NCBI GenBank assembly: GCA_037142615.1
Contig: JBAXAI010000003.1
Span: forward strand, 96,001-160,000
Source of the DNA: Spirochaetales bacterium
Lineage (GTDB): Bacteria; Spirochaetota; Spirochaetia; JABEVK01
Length of the DNA stretch: 64,000 bases
Reading direction: 5' to 3'
Part shown: positions 28,966-38,580 of the stretch, piece by piece
Numbering within the stretch: position 1 is the stretch's first letter
How the letters are laid out: the number at the start of each line of letters is the position of its first letter
The notes under the pieces: model-generated
Databases searched by the model: none
The model's input: only the letters and a program-made list of their open reading frames with translations
Told to the model about the DNA's origin: nothing
Translations under genes and position numbers: made by a program

Positions 28966-29563
28966 TATTCTCAAACCCGCGCTCGTGCTTCTCGCCATCT
29001 GCGCGGGAGTCACCATCATCCTGGCGCTGGTGTTCAACGGCACCAAGCCCATCATTGCCGAGCGCGCTGCCGCCGACCTGGCCGCGGCCAAGAAAGAGGT
29101 GCTGGCCACCGCCGACACCTTTGCCGACCTCAAGCTTCCCGAAGGCTTTGCCACCGACGAACCGCTTCAGACCATCAAGGCAGTGTACGTGGGAACCAAG
29201 GGCGGTACCTACGAAGGCATCGTGGTGTCGGCGCTCAGCCGGGGCTACGACGCGGCTGGCGTGGTGCTCACCGTGGGCATCACCAAGGACGGCGTCATCA
29301 CTGGCATTCACGTCGGTGACCAAAAGGAAACCCCCGGTCTGGGCACCAAGGTGCTCGACAAGGCGGAGGCCTACATGCCGCAGTACAACAACCTGAAGCC
29401 CGAAGGCGACCTCAAGCTGGTGAAAAACAAGCCGGCGAGCGGGCCCGCCAGCGACATCGATGCAGTGACCGGCGCCACCATCACCAGCCGCTCGGTGTGG
29501 CGTGCCGTGCAGGGTGCGCTCGAGTTCAGCCGCAAACTGACCCCCGAAGGAGCCCTCAAATGA
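28958..29563 (+). CDS. rnfG: Rnf complex subunit G
   Basis: ETPGLG and FMN site VTGATITS. Confidence 0.93.
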   Translation: MRDILKPALVLLAICAGVTIILALVFNGTKPIIAERAAADLAAAKKEVLATADTFADLKLPEGFATDEPLQTIKAVYVGTKGGTYEGIVVSALSRGYDAAGVVLTVGITKDGVITGIHVGDQKETPGLGTKVLDKAEAYMPQYNNLKPEGDLKLVKNKPASGPASDIDAVTGATITSRSVWRAVQGALEFSRKLTPEGALK

Positions 29564-30285
29564 GTTCACACGCAGAAATGCACGGTGGAGCTCCGGCCGC
29601 CGACCTGGGCGACAAGCCCAAGGCCTGGGACATCGCCATCGCCGGGCTGATCAAAGAAAACCCGACGCTCAAGATGATCTTGGGCTGCTGCCCCACCCTC
29701 GCGGTGACCACGGCCGCAGGCAACGGTCTGGGCATGGGACTGGCCACCACGGCCGTACTCATGTTCAGCAACATGGCCATCTCGATGCTGCGCAATGTCA
29801 TCCCCGAAAAGGTGCGCATCCCGAGCTACATCATCATCATCGCGGGCTTTGTGACCGTGGTGATGTACGTGCTCAAGGCTTGGCTGCCCGAGCTCGACAA
29901 GGCGCTGGGCATCTACATTCCGCTGATTGTGGCCAACTGCATCTTGCTGGCCCGCGCGGAAATGTTCGCCGCCAAGTACCAGCCCTTCCCCAGTTTTCTC
30001 GACGGACTGTTCATGGGCCTCGGGTTCACGCTGGCGCTGTTCGCCATCAGTACGGTGCGCGAGATTCTGGGTAACGGCACCTGGTTCGGTCTCACGTTGA
30101 CCAAGGACCTCTGGGCCCCGGCCGTGCTGATGATTCTGCCCCCCGGTGGCTTCCTCGCCTTTGGGTTGGTGATCACCGGCATGAACAAGCTCACCAACGG
30201 CAAGATCGATACGCCGTTGTGCGCCACCTGCAGCCCCGAAGACGGGACCTGCGCCGACATCGCCCCCGCGGGAGGTACCAAGTGA
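29560..30285 (+). CDS. rnfE: Rnf complex subunit E
   Basis: ENP....LGCCPTLAVT, IPLIVANC, LPPGGF. Confidence 0.94.
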   Translation: MSSHAEMHGGAPAADLGDKPKAWDIAIAGLIKENPTLKMILGCCPTLAVTTAAGNGLGMGLATTAVLMFSNMAISMLRNVIPEKVRIPSYIIIIAGFVTVVMYVLKAWLPELDKALGIYIPLIVANCILLARAEMFAAKYQPFPSFLDGLFMGLGFTLALFAISTVREILGNGTWFGLTLTKDLWAPAVLMILPPGGFLAFGLVITGMNKLTNGKIDTPLCATCSPEDGTCADIAPAGGTK

Positions 30286-30878
30286 TTGCCTCGATTATCC
30301 AACAGGTGGTCATCACCATCCTGACGGCCATATTGGTCGAAAACCTCGTGCTGTCAAAGTTCCTCGGCATGTGCCCCTTTCTGGGCGTCACCCAGAAGAC
30401 CAGCACCGCCGCCGGCATGGGCGTGGCGGTCACCTTCGTGGTCGTCGTCACGGCCGGCCTGGCGTGGATTCTCAACTACACGCTGCTGGTTCCCAACCAC
30501 ATGGAATACCTGCAGACGATGACCTACATCCTCATCATCGCCGCGCTGGTGCAGTTCGTCGAAACCGTCGTGCGCAAGTTCATCCCTCCGCTGTACAAGG
30601 CGCTGGGCATCTACCTGCCGCTGATCACCACCAACTGCGCCGTCCTCGGCGTGCCGCTGCTCAACACCGCGAAGAACTACGACCTCTTCATGAGTCTGGT
30701 GTACAGCTTCGGTGCGGGGGCTGGTTTCACCCTGGCGCTCATTTTGTTCTCGGGCGTGCGCGAACGGATGGACCAGGCTGATATTCCGGCCACCCTCAAG
30801 GGCATACCCAGCGCGCTGTTTGCCGCCACACTCGTCTCGATGAGCTTCTTCGGATTCCAGGGGTTGTTTGCATCATGA
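30282..30878 (+). CDS. rnfA: Rnf complex subunit A
   Basis: FLGMCPFLG, LGIYLPLITTNCAVLG. Confidence 0.95.
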   Translation: MIASIIQQVVITILTAILVENLVLSKFLGMCPFLGVTQKTSTAAGMGVAVTFVVVVTAGLAWILNYTLLVPNHMEYLQTMTYILIIAALVQFVETVVRKFIPPLYKALGIYLPLITTNCAVLGVPLLNTAKNYDLFMSLVYSFGAGAGFTLALILFSGVRERMDQADIPATLKGIPSALFAATLVSMSFFGFQGLFAS

Positions 30879-31714
30879 ATGACATCTTTCAAACCATCAT
30901 TGTGCCGGCGCTCATCGTCGGCGGCGTTGGCTTGGCCTTCGGTATCATCCTCGCCTACTCGTCCAAGGCGTTTGCCGTCAAGGTCGACGAGCGCATCGTC
31001 AAAGTTAAGGCGGCACTTCCGGGCGTCAACTGCGGTGCCTGTGGCCAGACCGGTTGCGAGGCCTTCGCCGAAGCGGTTGTTGCCGGTCGCGTCAAGGTTG
31101 ACGGTTGCCCTGTGGGCGGCGAGAAGGTCGCCCGCAAGGTGGCCTCGGTCCTGGGGCAGGAAGTCACCAACACGGCCAGCTTCGTCGCCCGCGTGGCCTG
31201 TGGCGGCCTGAACGGCTGCACCCGGCAGAAGTTCAGCTACGAGGGGATCAAGAGCTGCACCGCAGCCGCTGCCCTGCACAACGGGCCCAAGGCTTGCAGC
31301 TTCGGTTGTTTGGGCTTCGGCGACTGCGTTACGGCCTGCCCCTTCAACGCCATCGTCATCATCGACGGCGTGGCGAAGATCTACGAGGACAACTGCAAGA
31401 GCTGCGAAAAGTGCGTTGTTGCCTGCCCGAAGAAGCTGATCAGCATGGTGCCCCGAGGCAAGAATTACCTCGTAGCCTGTAAGAGCACGCAAAAGGGCCC
31501 CGTGGTCAAAAAGAACTGCGACACCGGCTGCATCGGCTGTACCAAGTGCGTCAAGGTTTGCCCGGTCAGCGCTATCAGCTTCGCGAACAATCTGGCCAAG
31601 ATCGACCCGCTGCTGTGCACCAACTGCGGCGAGTGCGTGAAGTCCTGCCCGACAAACACGATCGTCAATGTCACCGCTCCGGTGGTGCTCCGCAAGTCGG
31701 CCGTCACCGCGTAG
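30875..31714 (+). CDS. rnfB: Rnf complex subunit B
   Basis: LPGVNCGACGQTGC and several CxxCxxCxxxCP ferredoxin motifs. Confidence 0.95.
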   Translation: MNDIFQTIIVPALIVGGVGLAFGIILAYSSKAFAVKVDERIVKVKAALPGVNCGACGQTGCEAFAEAVVAGRVKVDGCPVGGEKVARKVASVLGQEVTNTASFVARVACGGLNGCTRQKFSYEGIKSCTAAAALHNGPKACSFGCLGFGDCVTACPFNAIVIIDGVAKIYEDNCKSCEKCVVACPKKLISMVPRGKNYLVACKSTQKGPVVKKNCDTGCIGCTKCVKVCPVSAISFANNLAKIDPLLCTNCGECVKSCPTNTIVNVTAPVVLRKSAVTA

Positions 31715-31733
31715 CTTCCAGCTTCAACAAAAG

Positions 31734-31770
31734 AAAAGGCCCACTCCTTCGCGGGGTGGGCCTTTTTGTT
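31734..31770 (+). terminator. Rho-independent terminator of the rnf operon
   Basis: AAAAGGCCCACTCC-TTCGC-GGGGTGGGCCTTTTTGTT. Confidence 0.85.
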
Positions 31771-31858
31771 GGGGCGGCGCGTCGAATGAACAACATTTCA
31801 CCCGACTCTTCTGACAGCTCGCAGACAACCGCGGTTTGGTTGGGTACATTGCTTCCTG

Positions 31859-32605
31859 ATGCACAAGTCGTTCCTCTCCTTTTTCCCCATCGTCGTGCTG
31901 TTGCTTTGCTCCACACCCGGGTCTGCCACCGGCAAGGTCCTCATCCTCGACTACCACACCTTTCTCGGAAAAGGGAACTCGTCGATGGACTACTCGTTGG
32001 CCGAGCTGGGCGATCAGTTGGATCAAATGCGCCAGGCGGGCTGGCAGCTGGTTTCGCTCGACGAGGCTTTGGCCGGCCATCTGACCGGCGACAAGAACGT
32101 CGCCATCACCATCGACGACGGTCATCAATCGGTGTTTGCGGCCGTCGAGAACGTGCTTCTTCCCCGCGAGGTGCCGGCCGAACTGTTCATTTTCCCCGGT
32201 CCGCTTGACCGGTCGCCGCACTACCTCAAGGTGAGCCGGCTGAAGAAACTCCTCGCCGATGGGTACTCGATGGGAGCCCACGGCTACAACCACCTGTACA
32301 TGACCGCGTCGGCGTGGAAGCGTGATCCGCAAGCCGTTCTTCGCGAGGCGGGCAAACCCGCCGACGTGCTCAAACGGATGACCGGGCGGCTACCGTCGCT
32401 GTTCGCCTATCCCTTTGGGGTCGCTGCGCCCGAGGCCGAAGAGGCCGTCAAGGCGGCCGGCTACCAGTGGGCGTTCTTGGCCACCGGCAAGCTGGTTCTC
32501 GTCGACCCCAGCAACCCCGCGCTGGACCATTGGGCCGTACCACGGACCATCGTGTACCGATCGGGGTTGAAGGCGCTCTTTCGCTTTTTGAGGAGCCAAC
32601 CGTGA
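31859..32605 (+). CDS. Secreted polysaccharide deacetylase (CE4/NodB)
   Basis: Signal peptide, ILDYH, ITIDDG, AHGYNH, FAYPFG. Confidence 0.88.
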   Translation: MHKSFLSFFPIVVLLLCSTPGSATGKVLILDYHTFLGKGNSSMDYSLAELGDQLDQMRQAGWQLVSLDEALAGHLTGDKNVAITIDDGHQSVFAAVENVLLPREVPAELFIFPGPLDRSPHYLKVSRLKKLLADGYSMGAHGYNHLYMTASAWKRDPQAVLREAGKPADVLKRMTGRLPSLFAYPFGVAAPEAEEAVKAAGYQWAFLATGKLVLVDPSNPALDHWAVPRTIVYRSGLKALFRFLRSQP

Positions 32606-33579
32606 CGGTTCTGCCGCTGGTGTTGGCACTGGCGGTGTTCCCGGCTGTGTCGACGGCCGACGTGCAGGCCTATCGCGACCGCTACGACCTCAACTTCCCG
32701 GGTGTCGAGTTCAACTCGGGCTACGTTCGCACGCCCGAGTTCGACCTGTGGACGTTTTGCCTTCGCCCAGCACAACCCAAGGGCACGGTGCTGTTCACCC
32801 ATGGTTTTCTTGACCACGCGGGCATGCACGCCCGGCTGTTCCGCGTGCTCCTCGACGAGGGGTACACTGTGGTGGCGTTCGACCTGCCGGGCCATGGTTT
32901 GTCGTCGGGCGACCGGGGCAACATCGCTGAGTTCGCCGCCTACGGTCGGGCCGCCCAGGCGGTGCTGACGGCCGTACATGCGGCGGGGTTCGCCCAAGAG
33001 CGACCCCTGCTCGCCGTCGGCCATTCGACGGCGTGCGCGGCGTTTGTGGAGTGGTTGCAGCAGAACGGCCCCGTGGTGGACGGCGCGCTGTTTGTGGCTC
33101 CCTTGGTGCACAGCTACGCCTGGGACGTTTCGCAACTGGGTCTGTACCTGTTCGGCGGCCTGCTCCCCCGACTGCCCGACGCCACGGGCAGCGACAAGGT
33201 CATCTCGGTCGGGGGCCAAGACGGCGACCACGATCCCCTCGACCAAAACGACTTTCCTACGGGTTGGGTGCGGGCCCTCTGGGCCTGGAACCGCCAGAAT
33301 GCGTCGTACGGCCCCTTTGCAACCCGGTTGGCCGTAGTGCAGGGCGACCACGACGTGGTCGTTGACGCGCCGTATAACCTGGCCTGGCTGCGCGCGCGGT
33401 TCCCGGGGCTCGTCGAGTTCCCCGTAGTGGGCGAAGACCACTACCTTCTGTACAAGGCCAAGCCTGGCCACGACGAGCTCGCCCCCGAGGTGGAACGCCA
33501 GCTTCGGCGTGCGCTGGCCGCTTTGGTCGACTGCGGTTCACAAAGACCCGAAAACGGGCACAACATGAACAAGATTTAA
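32602..33579 (+). CDS. Alpha/beta hydrolase (lysophospholipase-like)
   Basis: GTG start overlapping the upstream stop. HGFLDH, DLPGHGLS, GHSTA nucleophile, QGDHDVVV, EDH. Confidence 0.82.
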   Translation: MTVLPLVLALAVFPAVSTADVQAYRDRYDLNFPGVEFNSGYVRTPEFDLWTFCLRPAQPKGTVLFTHGFLDHAGMHARLFRVLLDEGYTVVAFDLPGHGLSSGDRGNIAEFAAYGRAAQAVLTAVHAAGFAQERPLLAVGHSTACAAFVEWLQQNGPVVDGALFVAPLVHSYAWDVSQLGLYLFGGLLPRLPDATGSDKVISVGGQDGDHDPLDQNDFPTGWVRALWAWNRQNASYGPFATRLAVVQGDHDVVVDAPYNLAWLRARFPGLVEFPVVGEDHYLLYKAKPGHDELAPEVERQLRRALAALVDCGSQRPENGHNMNKI

Positions 33580-33696
33580 CCGCATTAGGGCTCAAACTGG
33601 GGTGACAGGGAGCCTACGGGAACACTATTGTTGAGCAGTTGCGCTCCGGCGTGACTGCAGCCATCGGCTGTAAAGAACTTTATTGGAGGATTGTCA

Positions 33697-34782
33697 ATGA
33701 AGAAAACCATTGCTCTTCTTGCCACCGCTTTTGCCCTTCTGCTGGCCCTCGTCAGCTGTAACACCGCCACCACCCAGGTCGGTATCGTTCTCCCCACCAA
33801 GGATGAAGAACGCTGGATTCAGGATCAGACCCGCTTCGCCGATGCTCTGAAGAAATCCGGTATCAGCGCCGAAGTCCTGTTCAGCGAAAAAGATTCCGCC
33901 AAGGAAAAGGCCAACGTTGAGACCCTGATCACCAAGGGCATCAAGGTTCTCGTGCTTTGCCCCGTTGACTCGGCTTCCGCCGCCGCCGCCGCCGAAGCTG
34001 CCCGCAAGGCCGGTGTCAAGGTTGTCGCTTATGACCGCCTGATCACCAACACCGATGCGGTCGACTTCTACGTGACCTTCGACTCGTTCAACGTTGGTGC
34101 CGCTTGGGGTGAATACCTCGTTTCGCAGGCCACTGGCAAGAACCAGAACCTGTACCTGTACGCCGGTGCCGCTTCCGACAACAACGCTTTCATCTTCTTT
34201 GAAGGCGCTTGGAGCAAGTTGCAGCCCAAGATCGCTGACGGTACCTTCGTTGTTGCCAACAGCAGCGAAGCCGTGGCTCTCAAGGACACAGCTCAGCTGA
34301 CCCGTGACGAAATGGCCAAGATCATTGGTCAGGTCACCACCAACTGGAATCCTGCTGATGCCAAGGCCAAGGCCGAAGCTCACCTGACCGCCGCCAAGCC
34401 TGCTCAGAAGGGCGACGTATTCATCCTCGGGCCCAATGACCAGACCGCTCGCGCCATCGCCGACACCTTCGCTTCCGACAAGGACGTGAAGAGCTACAAG
34501 ATCACCGGACAGGACGCCGACAAGGCTTCGATCCAGTACATCATCGACGGCAAGCAGTCCATGACCGTTCTGAAGGATACCCGCACCCTGGTTGCTGACG
34601 CCATCAAGGCTGCCATCACCTTCACCAAGGGCGAAACTCCTGCCCAGACCAAGACTTACAACAACGGCAAGTTTGACGTTCCCGCTGCTCCTTCCGACGT
34701 CGTGTCGGTCACCAAGGACAACGTGAAGGCCGCCATTGTTGACAGCGGCTACTACCCCGCCGCCGACTTCACCGGTCTGTAA
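33697..34782 (+). CDS. Monosaccharide ABC substrate-binding lipoprotein (ChvE/XylF-like)
   Basis: GGAGG RBS, lipobox LALVSC, LPTKDEERW, VAYDRLI, DNNA, ITGQDA. Confidence 0.9.
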   Translation: MKKTIALLATAFALLLALVSCNTATTQVGIVLPTKDEERWIQDQTRFADALKKSGISAEVLFSEKDSAKEKANVETLITKGIKVLVLCPVDSASAAAAAEAARKAGVKVVAYDRLITNTDAVDFYVTFDSFNVGAAWGEYLVSQATGKNQNLYLYAGAASDNNAFIFFEGAWSKLQPKIADGTFVVANSSEAVALKDTAQLTRDEMAKIIGQVTTNWNPADAKAKAEAHLTAAKPAQKGDVFILGPNDQTARAIADTFASDKDVKSYKITGQDADKASIQYIIDGKQSMTVLKDTRTLVADAIKAAITFTKGETPAQTKTYNNGKFDVPAAPSDVVSVTKDNVKAAIVDSGYYPAADFTGL

Positions 34783-34822
34783 TTCGGTAAGCTGATCCGC
34801 CTCGGCGGAAAGGCAACCCTTG

Positions 34823-34872
34823 AGGCGAAAGCACGGGAGTTCTTCGGGACTACGGGCTTTCGCCTTTTTTTT
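34823..34872 (+). terminator. Long-stem intrinsic terminator
   Basis: AGGCGAAAGC...GCTTTCGCCT followed by a T run. Confidence 0.8.
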
Positions 34873-34881
34873 GCCCCGCCC

Positions 34882-36849
34882 TTAGGCTTTAAGCTGAAAA
34901 CGGCCCACCAGGTGGCGCAGCTGCTGGGCCTGTCCTGACAGTTCTTCGGCGGCAGCGGCGCTTTGTTCAGCACTGGCGGTGTTGGCCTGCGTCACGCTGT
35001 CAATCTGGCTCAACCCCGTGCCGATTTGTGCCAAGGAGCGCGACTGTTCCTGACTGGAAGCCGCGATCTCTTCGAGAATCCCAGCAATCTTGCTGGAGCC
35101 CGAAGCGATAGCCTCAAACTGTTCGTTGGTCTTCCGGGCTGTCTTGTTGACCTCGAGAATCGTCTTCAGGTTCTGCTCGACCATCCCGTTGGTCTCGTTG
35201 ACGGCCGTGGCGGAACGAACGGCCAAGCTACGCACTTCCTGGGCAACTACTGCAAAACCCTTACCGTACTTGCCCGCCCGCGCAGCCTCGACGTTGGCGT
35301 TGAGCGCGAGCAAATTGACCTGGAAGGCGATGTCGTCGATGGTTTTGACGATCTTTTTGGTCTCCTCGGAGCTCTTGGTCATGTCTTGTAGCAGCGCAAG
35401 GAGCTGCTTCATCTCTTCGTTGCCCAGGGTGGCCTCGGCTTTCGCCTGACGGGCGATCTTGCTCGAACTCAGCGCGGTCTCGGCGTTGGTCTTGGCCTGG
35501 CCGGTAATTTGGACAGCCGAGGCGTTGATTTCCTCCAGGCTGCTGGCCTGTTCGGTGGCGCCCTGAGCGAGGCTCTGGCTAGCGGAAGCAACTTCGGTCG
35601 AGCCTGAGCTCATTTGGTCTACCGCCGCATTGATCTGCCCAAGAACCTCATTGAGGGATCCGACCATCGTTTGCATCGACAGGCCCAGGCGGTCCTTTTC
35701 GGAAGCCAATTCCACCTCAACCCTCAGGTCACCTTCGGCGATGCGGCCCAGGGTATCGGCCTTGGCTTTGAGAGTCTCGACCATGATCAGAAGGTCCTGA
35801 TACGCGCCCAGCGCCACCCCTTTCCGCTGCTGGATTTCGAGCACACCCTGACTGATGTTGCGCGCAATTTCGGCCACTTCCCGTGGCTCGCAACCGAGTT
35901 GTCTGTGAATCGACGAGGTGAGGCGAAGCGCGAGCACGGCCGAAACCAACAGGAGCAGCACGAAGAGCGCCAAGGAAACCAACAGGCTCAGCAACGAGGC
36001 ATCGGCCTGCAACCGGGCTTCATCAATGAGGTGAGCAGCTAGCGCGTCATCGACCTTTTTCATCAGGTTGATCTTGCTGGTGATGGTGGCAAACCAGTCT
36101 TCGGCCGTCACCGGGAAGGGCCCTTCGCGGGGCGAACCCATCACTTCGGCTTCCATCGAAGCGACCCGGGTCGTGGCGGGGTCGTTCAGGGTCGTCTTTG
36201 CCAGGGCGATCTGCTCGGGCTGCGAAAACAACTCGAACGTCAGCTGGTATTCCGCCTGGGCCGAGAGCACGGTCAGCCAGCGCTGAAACGACTCGTCGGT
36301 GAAATGACCGGCGCTGAGCACTTCGTTGAGCGTAGCGCGTTCCTGGCCCAGGTGCTCCTTGACGTTAAGGAACGAAAAGTACGCGGTGGCCGCGCGCCCG
36401 GTCACCGCCTGTTGAGCTTGGGTAGCGAGCTTGGCGACAAAGTCGAGATAAGTCGCAATGGCGGCGGTGTAGAAGGCAAACGACTGGGCTCCGGGGAGGT
36501 TGAACGAATCGATCTTTTTGCGCAGGTCGGCCACGCCGGCCAACGCCGAAGCAAGCGAAGGTTCGGCACTTACCAAGGCCTGGAAGGCGGTGTCCGTTTT
36601 GGGTCGCTGGGCAGGAAGTTCCTTGGCAAACTTCACCCCTTTGGAACTCAAGAAGCCGGCCGACATGCCACGCTCCAACTGGAGGTTATGGACCAGCAGA
36701 CTCGTCTTGCCAGCCAGGGCGGTCTGGCGTTGGGCAAGGGTTGCGCCTTGCCAGGCAGCGTACTCGGTGGACACCTGATAAAGGGCGAAGTAGACCAACC
36801 CTGCAAACGGCAGCAGCAGGATCCAAAAGATCTTGGCGCGTATTGTCAT
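34882..36849 (-). CDS. Methyl-accepting chemotaxis protein with NIT (nitrate/nitrite) sensor domain
   Basis: [59 protein letters not shown]. Confidence 0.92.
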   Translation of the reverse strand: MTIRAKIFWILLLPFAGLVYFALYQVSTEYAAWQGATLAQRQTALAGKTSLLVHNLQLERGMSAGFLSSKGVKFAKELPAQRPKTDTAFQALVSAEPSLASALAGVADLRKKIDSFNLPGAQSFAFYTAAIATYLDFVAKLATQAQQAVTGRAATAYFSFLNVKEHLGQERATLNEVLSAGHFTDESFQRWLTVLSAQAEYQLTFELFSQPEQIALAKTTLNDPATTRVASMEAEVMGSPREGPFPVTAEDWFATITSKINLMKKVDDALAAHLIDEARLQADASLLSLLVSLALFVLLLLVSAVLALRLTSSIHRQLGCEPREVAEIARNISQGVLEIQQRKGVALGAYQDLLIMVETLKAKADTLGRIAEGDLRVEVELASEKDRLGLSMQTMVGSLNEVLGQINAAVDQMSSGSTEVASASQSLAQGATEQASSLEEINASAVQITGQAKTNAETALSSSKIARQAKAEATLGNEEMKQLLALLQDMTKSSEETKKIVKTIDDIAFQVNLLALNANVEAARAGKYGKGFAVVAQEVRSLAVRSATAVNETNGMVEQNLKTILEVNKTARKTNEQFEAIASGSSKIAGILEEIAASSQEQSRSLAQIGTGLSQIDSVTQANTASAEQSAAAAEELSGQAQQLRHLVGRFQLKA

Positions 36850-36889
36850 AATCTCTTAAGCATTGGTTAGTTGACCGGGGAAGTCAAGT

Positions 36890-37662
36890 TTATGGTGAGG
36901 GACCCAAGGACGCGCGTGGAATGAACTCCGCGTCGAGAGCAATCTGTTCGCGCGGTGGTTTGGTGCCCCGCAGCAGGCTCAGCAGAAGGTGGGCCCCCTG
37001 GCGCCCGAGCTCGGTCGACGGCTGGCGGAACGTAGCCAGCGGCGGCTCGTAGAGCAGGGTAAACTCAAAGTTGTCGTCAAAACCCACCAACGAGAAGTCT
37101 CGCGGAGACTCGCAACCGTGCTCGCGGGCGGCCTTGAGGAACCCCAGGGCGCTGCTGTCGTTGCTGGCAAATACAGCGGTGAACTTGGGCAGGGTGCTCC
37201 AACGCCGCTTGGTCACTTCGTACGAGGTGAGGCTGAAGAACTCACCCTCCAATTGGCGGTCCAGGGGCAACGGGACACCGGCCTTTTTGAGTTCGTCGCG
37301 GAAGCCCTGGAACCGAGTCTGTGCCGACGGAAACTCCTGCCGCCCCCATAGAAAAAGAAACTCGCGGTGGCCCAAGTTCAACATCTCTGTGGCGGCGCGC
37401 CGACCAGCCGCGTAGTTGTCAATGTAGACTTGGGGCACCTCGGCGTGCAGCAAAGGACGGTCGAGTACCACGAACGGTCGTCCCCACGAGCGCAGTTCGT
37501 TGATCGCCTGCTCGTCCACGGGGTGCAAGGTAGGGAAGTACAGCACGCCATCGATCTGACGACCCTCGTGCAACGGTGCCAGCGGCTCCGAAGGCTCGTC
37601 GGAGTCACCCCAGGTGACATCCTCGAGATGATCGGCGGCACCGTGAGCCCCAAGAGCGACTC
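36890..37662 (-). pseudogene. LacI-family regulator lacking its N-terminal HTH
   Basis: Effector domain is intact (VYIDNYAAG, LGHR, RFQGF, SLVGFDD, PPLATFRQP). Upstream there is only an out-of-frame LLGLTVPPI fragment and no HTH. Confidence 0.75.
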
Positions 37663-37668
37663 AAAGGC

Positions 37669-38580
37669 CTACGAGACTCTGCACTGGAACGCCGGAGCCG
37701 GGTACAGCCCGGCCCAATCCAACTCGAGCACGTCGGCCGTCCAAGTGGCGCCCACGAGGTCGTCGAGCTGGTTTCCGTTGGTCGAATCCCAGTGGAGGGC
37801 AAACTCGGTGACGGCCGTGGGAATGGTGCGGGTGTAGCCCTTGGGGTTGCGTGCCGGGTCGGTGAGCCACGACTGGTACTTGTTCACCATTGCCGCAGCG
37901 TCTTGCGAGGTGCGCAGCGCGTCGGCGTCGTTGGCCTTGCCGTTGGTGGGGTACCAGTGCCAACTCAGCACATCGACCAGGTCGCCGCACTCGGCAATAA
38001 ACACCCGCATCCATTCATCGTTGGGTTGCGAAATCGCCGGGCCCGAGATCACAAGGCCGGGATAGGTGGCCTTGAGGGCCGTGGCCCACTGGCGGAACAC
38101 CGACGCGTACTTCTGCGGCGTCCAGCTGCGGTCGCCACGGTTGGGGCCGTACAAGTCGGCCTCGTTTCCCACCGTCCACACGTCGGTGCGAACCCCCAAT
38201 TCCTTGGCCAGCCGTACTTGCTCCACCGCTTGTTCCAGGGTTCCTTGAAAAAGGTTGAATTGGTTGAACCACACCCCGGCCGGTACGAACTTCTGTTGCA
38301 AGCGAAGGTAGTCGAGCACCGAACGGTCCATCGCAAACTCATCGCCCACGTTGCCGGCGGGCCAAGTGTACGTTGGTGCCACCAGGTTGGCCATCCGGTC
38401 CTTGATCTTGATCAGCAGCATGGCGTTCGACACGTTGAAGCCACCGATCGAAGTGTGCACCGGCACCACCCCGTCGGTGTGAAGCGTCAGGGTGGTCGAT
38501 TCTCCCGCAACGGGTGCCGCCAACAGCAAACCAAAAACCAAGCAGGCGGCTACCAGGAGAGCCTTAACAGACCGCCTCAT
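37669..38580 (-). CDS. Secreted clan GH-A glycoside hydrolase (GH39/GH79-like), probably C-terminally truncated
   Basis: Signal peptide, WTVGNEADLY (acid/base), LSWHWYP, AVTEF (nucleophile). It ends abruptly after GATWTADVL. Confidence 0.65.
   Translation of the reverse strand: MRRSVKALLVAACLVFGLLLAAPVAGESTTLTLHTDGVVPVHTSIGGFNVSNAMLLIKIKDRMANLVAPTYTWPAGNVGDEFAMDRSVLDYLRLQQKFVPAGVWFNQFNLFQGTLEQAVEQVRLAKELGVRTDVWTVGNEADLYGPNRGDRSWTPQKYASVFRQWATALKATYPGLVISGPAISQPNDEWMRVFIAECGDLVDVLSWHWYPTNGKANDADALRTSQDAAAMVNKYQSWLTDPARNPKGYTRTIPTAVTEFALHWDSTNGNQLDDLVGATWTADVLELDWAGLYPAPAFQCRVS

Noticed and set aside
33580-33696. Riboswitch in the binding-protein leader (GGCTC/GAGCC pairing)
   Set aside because: No recognisable aptamer consensus; an Infernal/Rfam scan would be needed.
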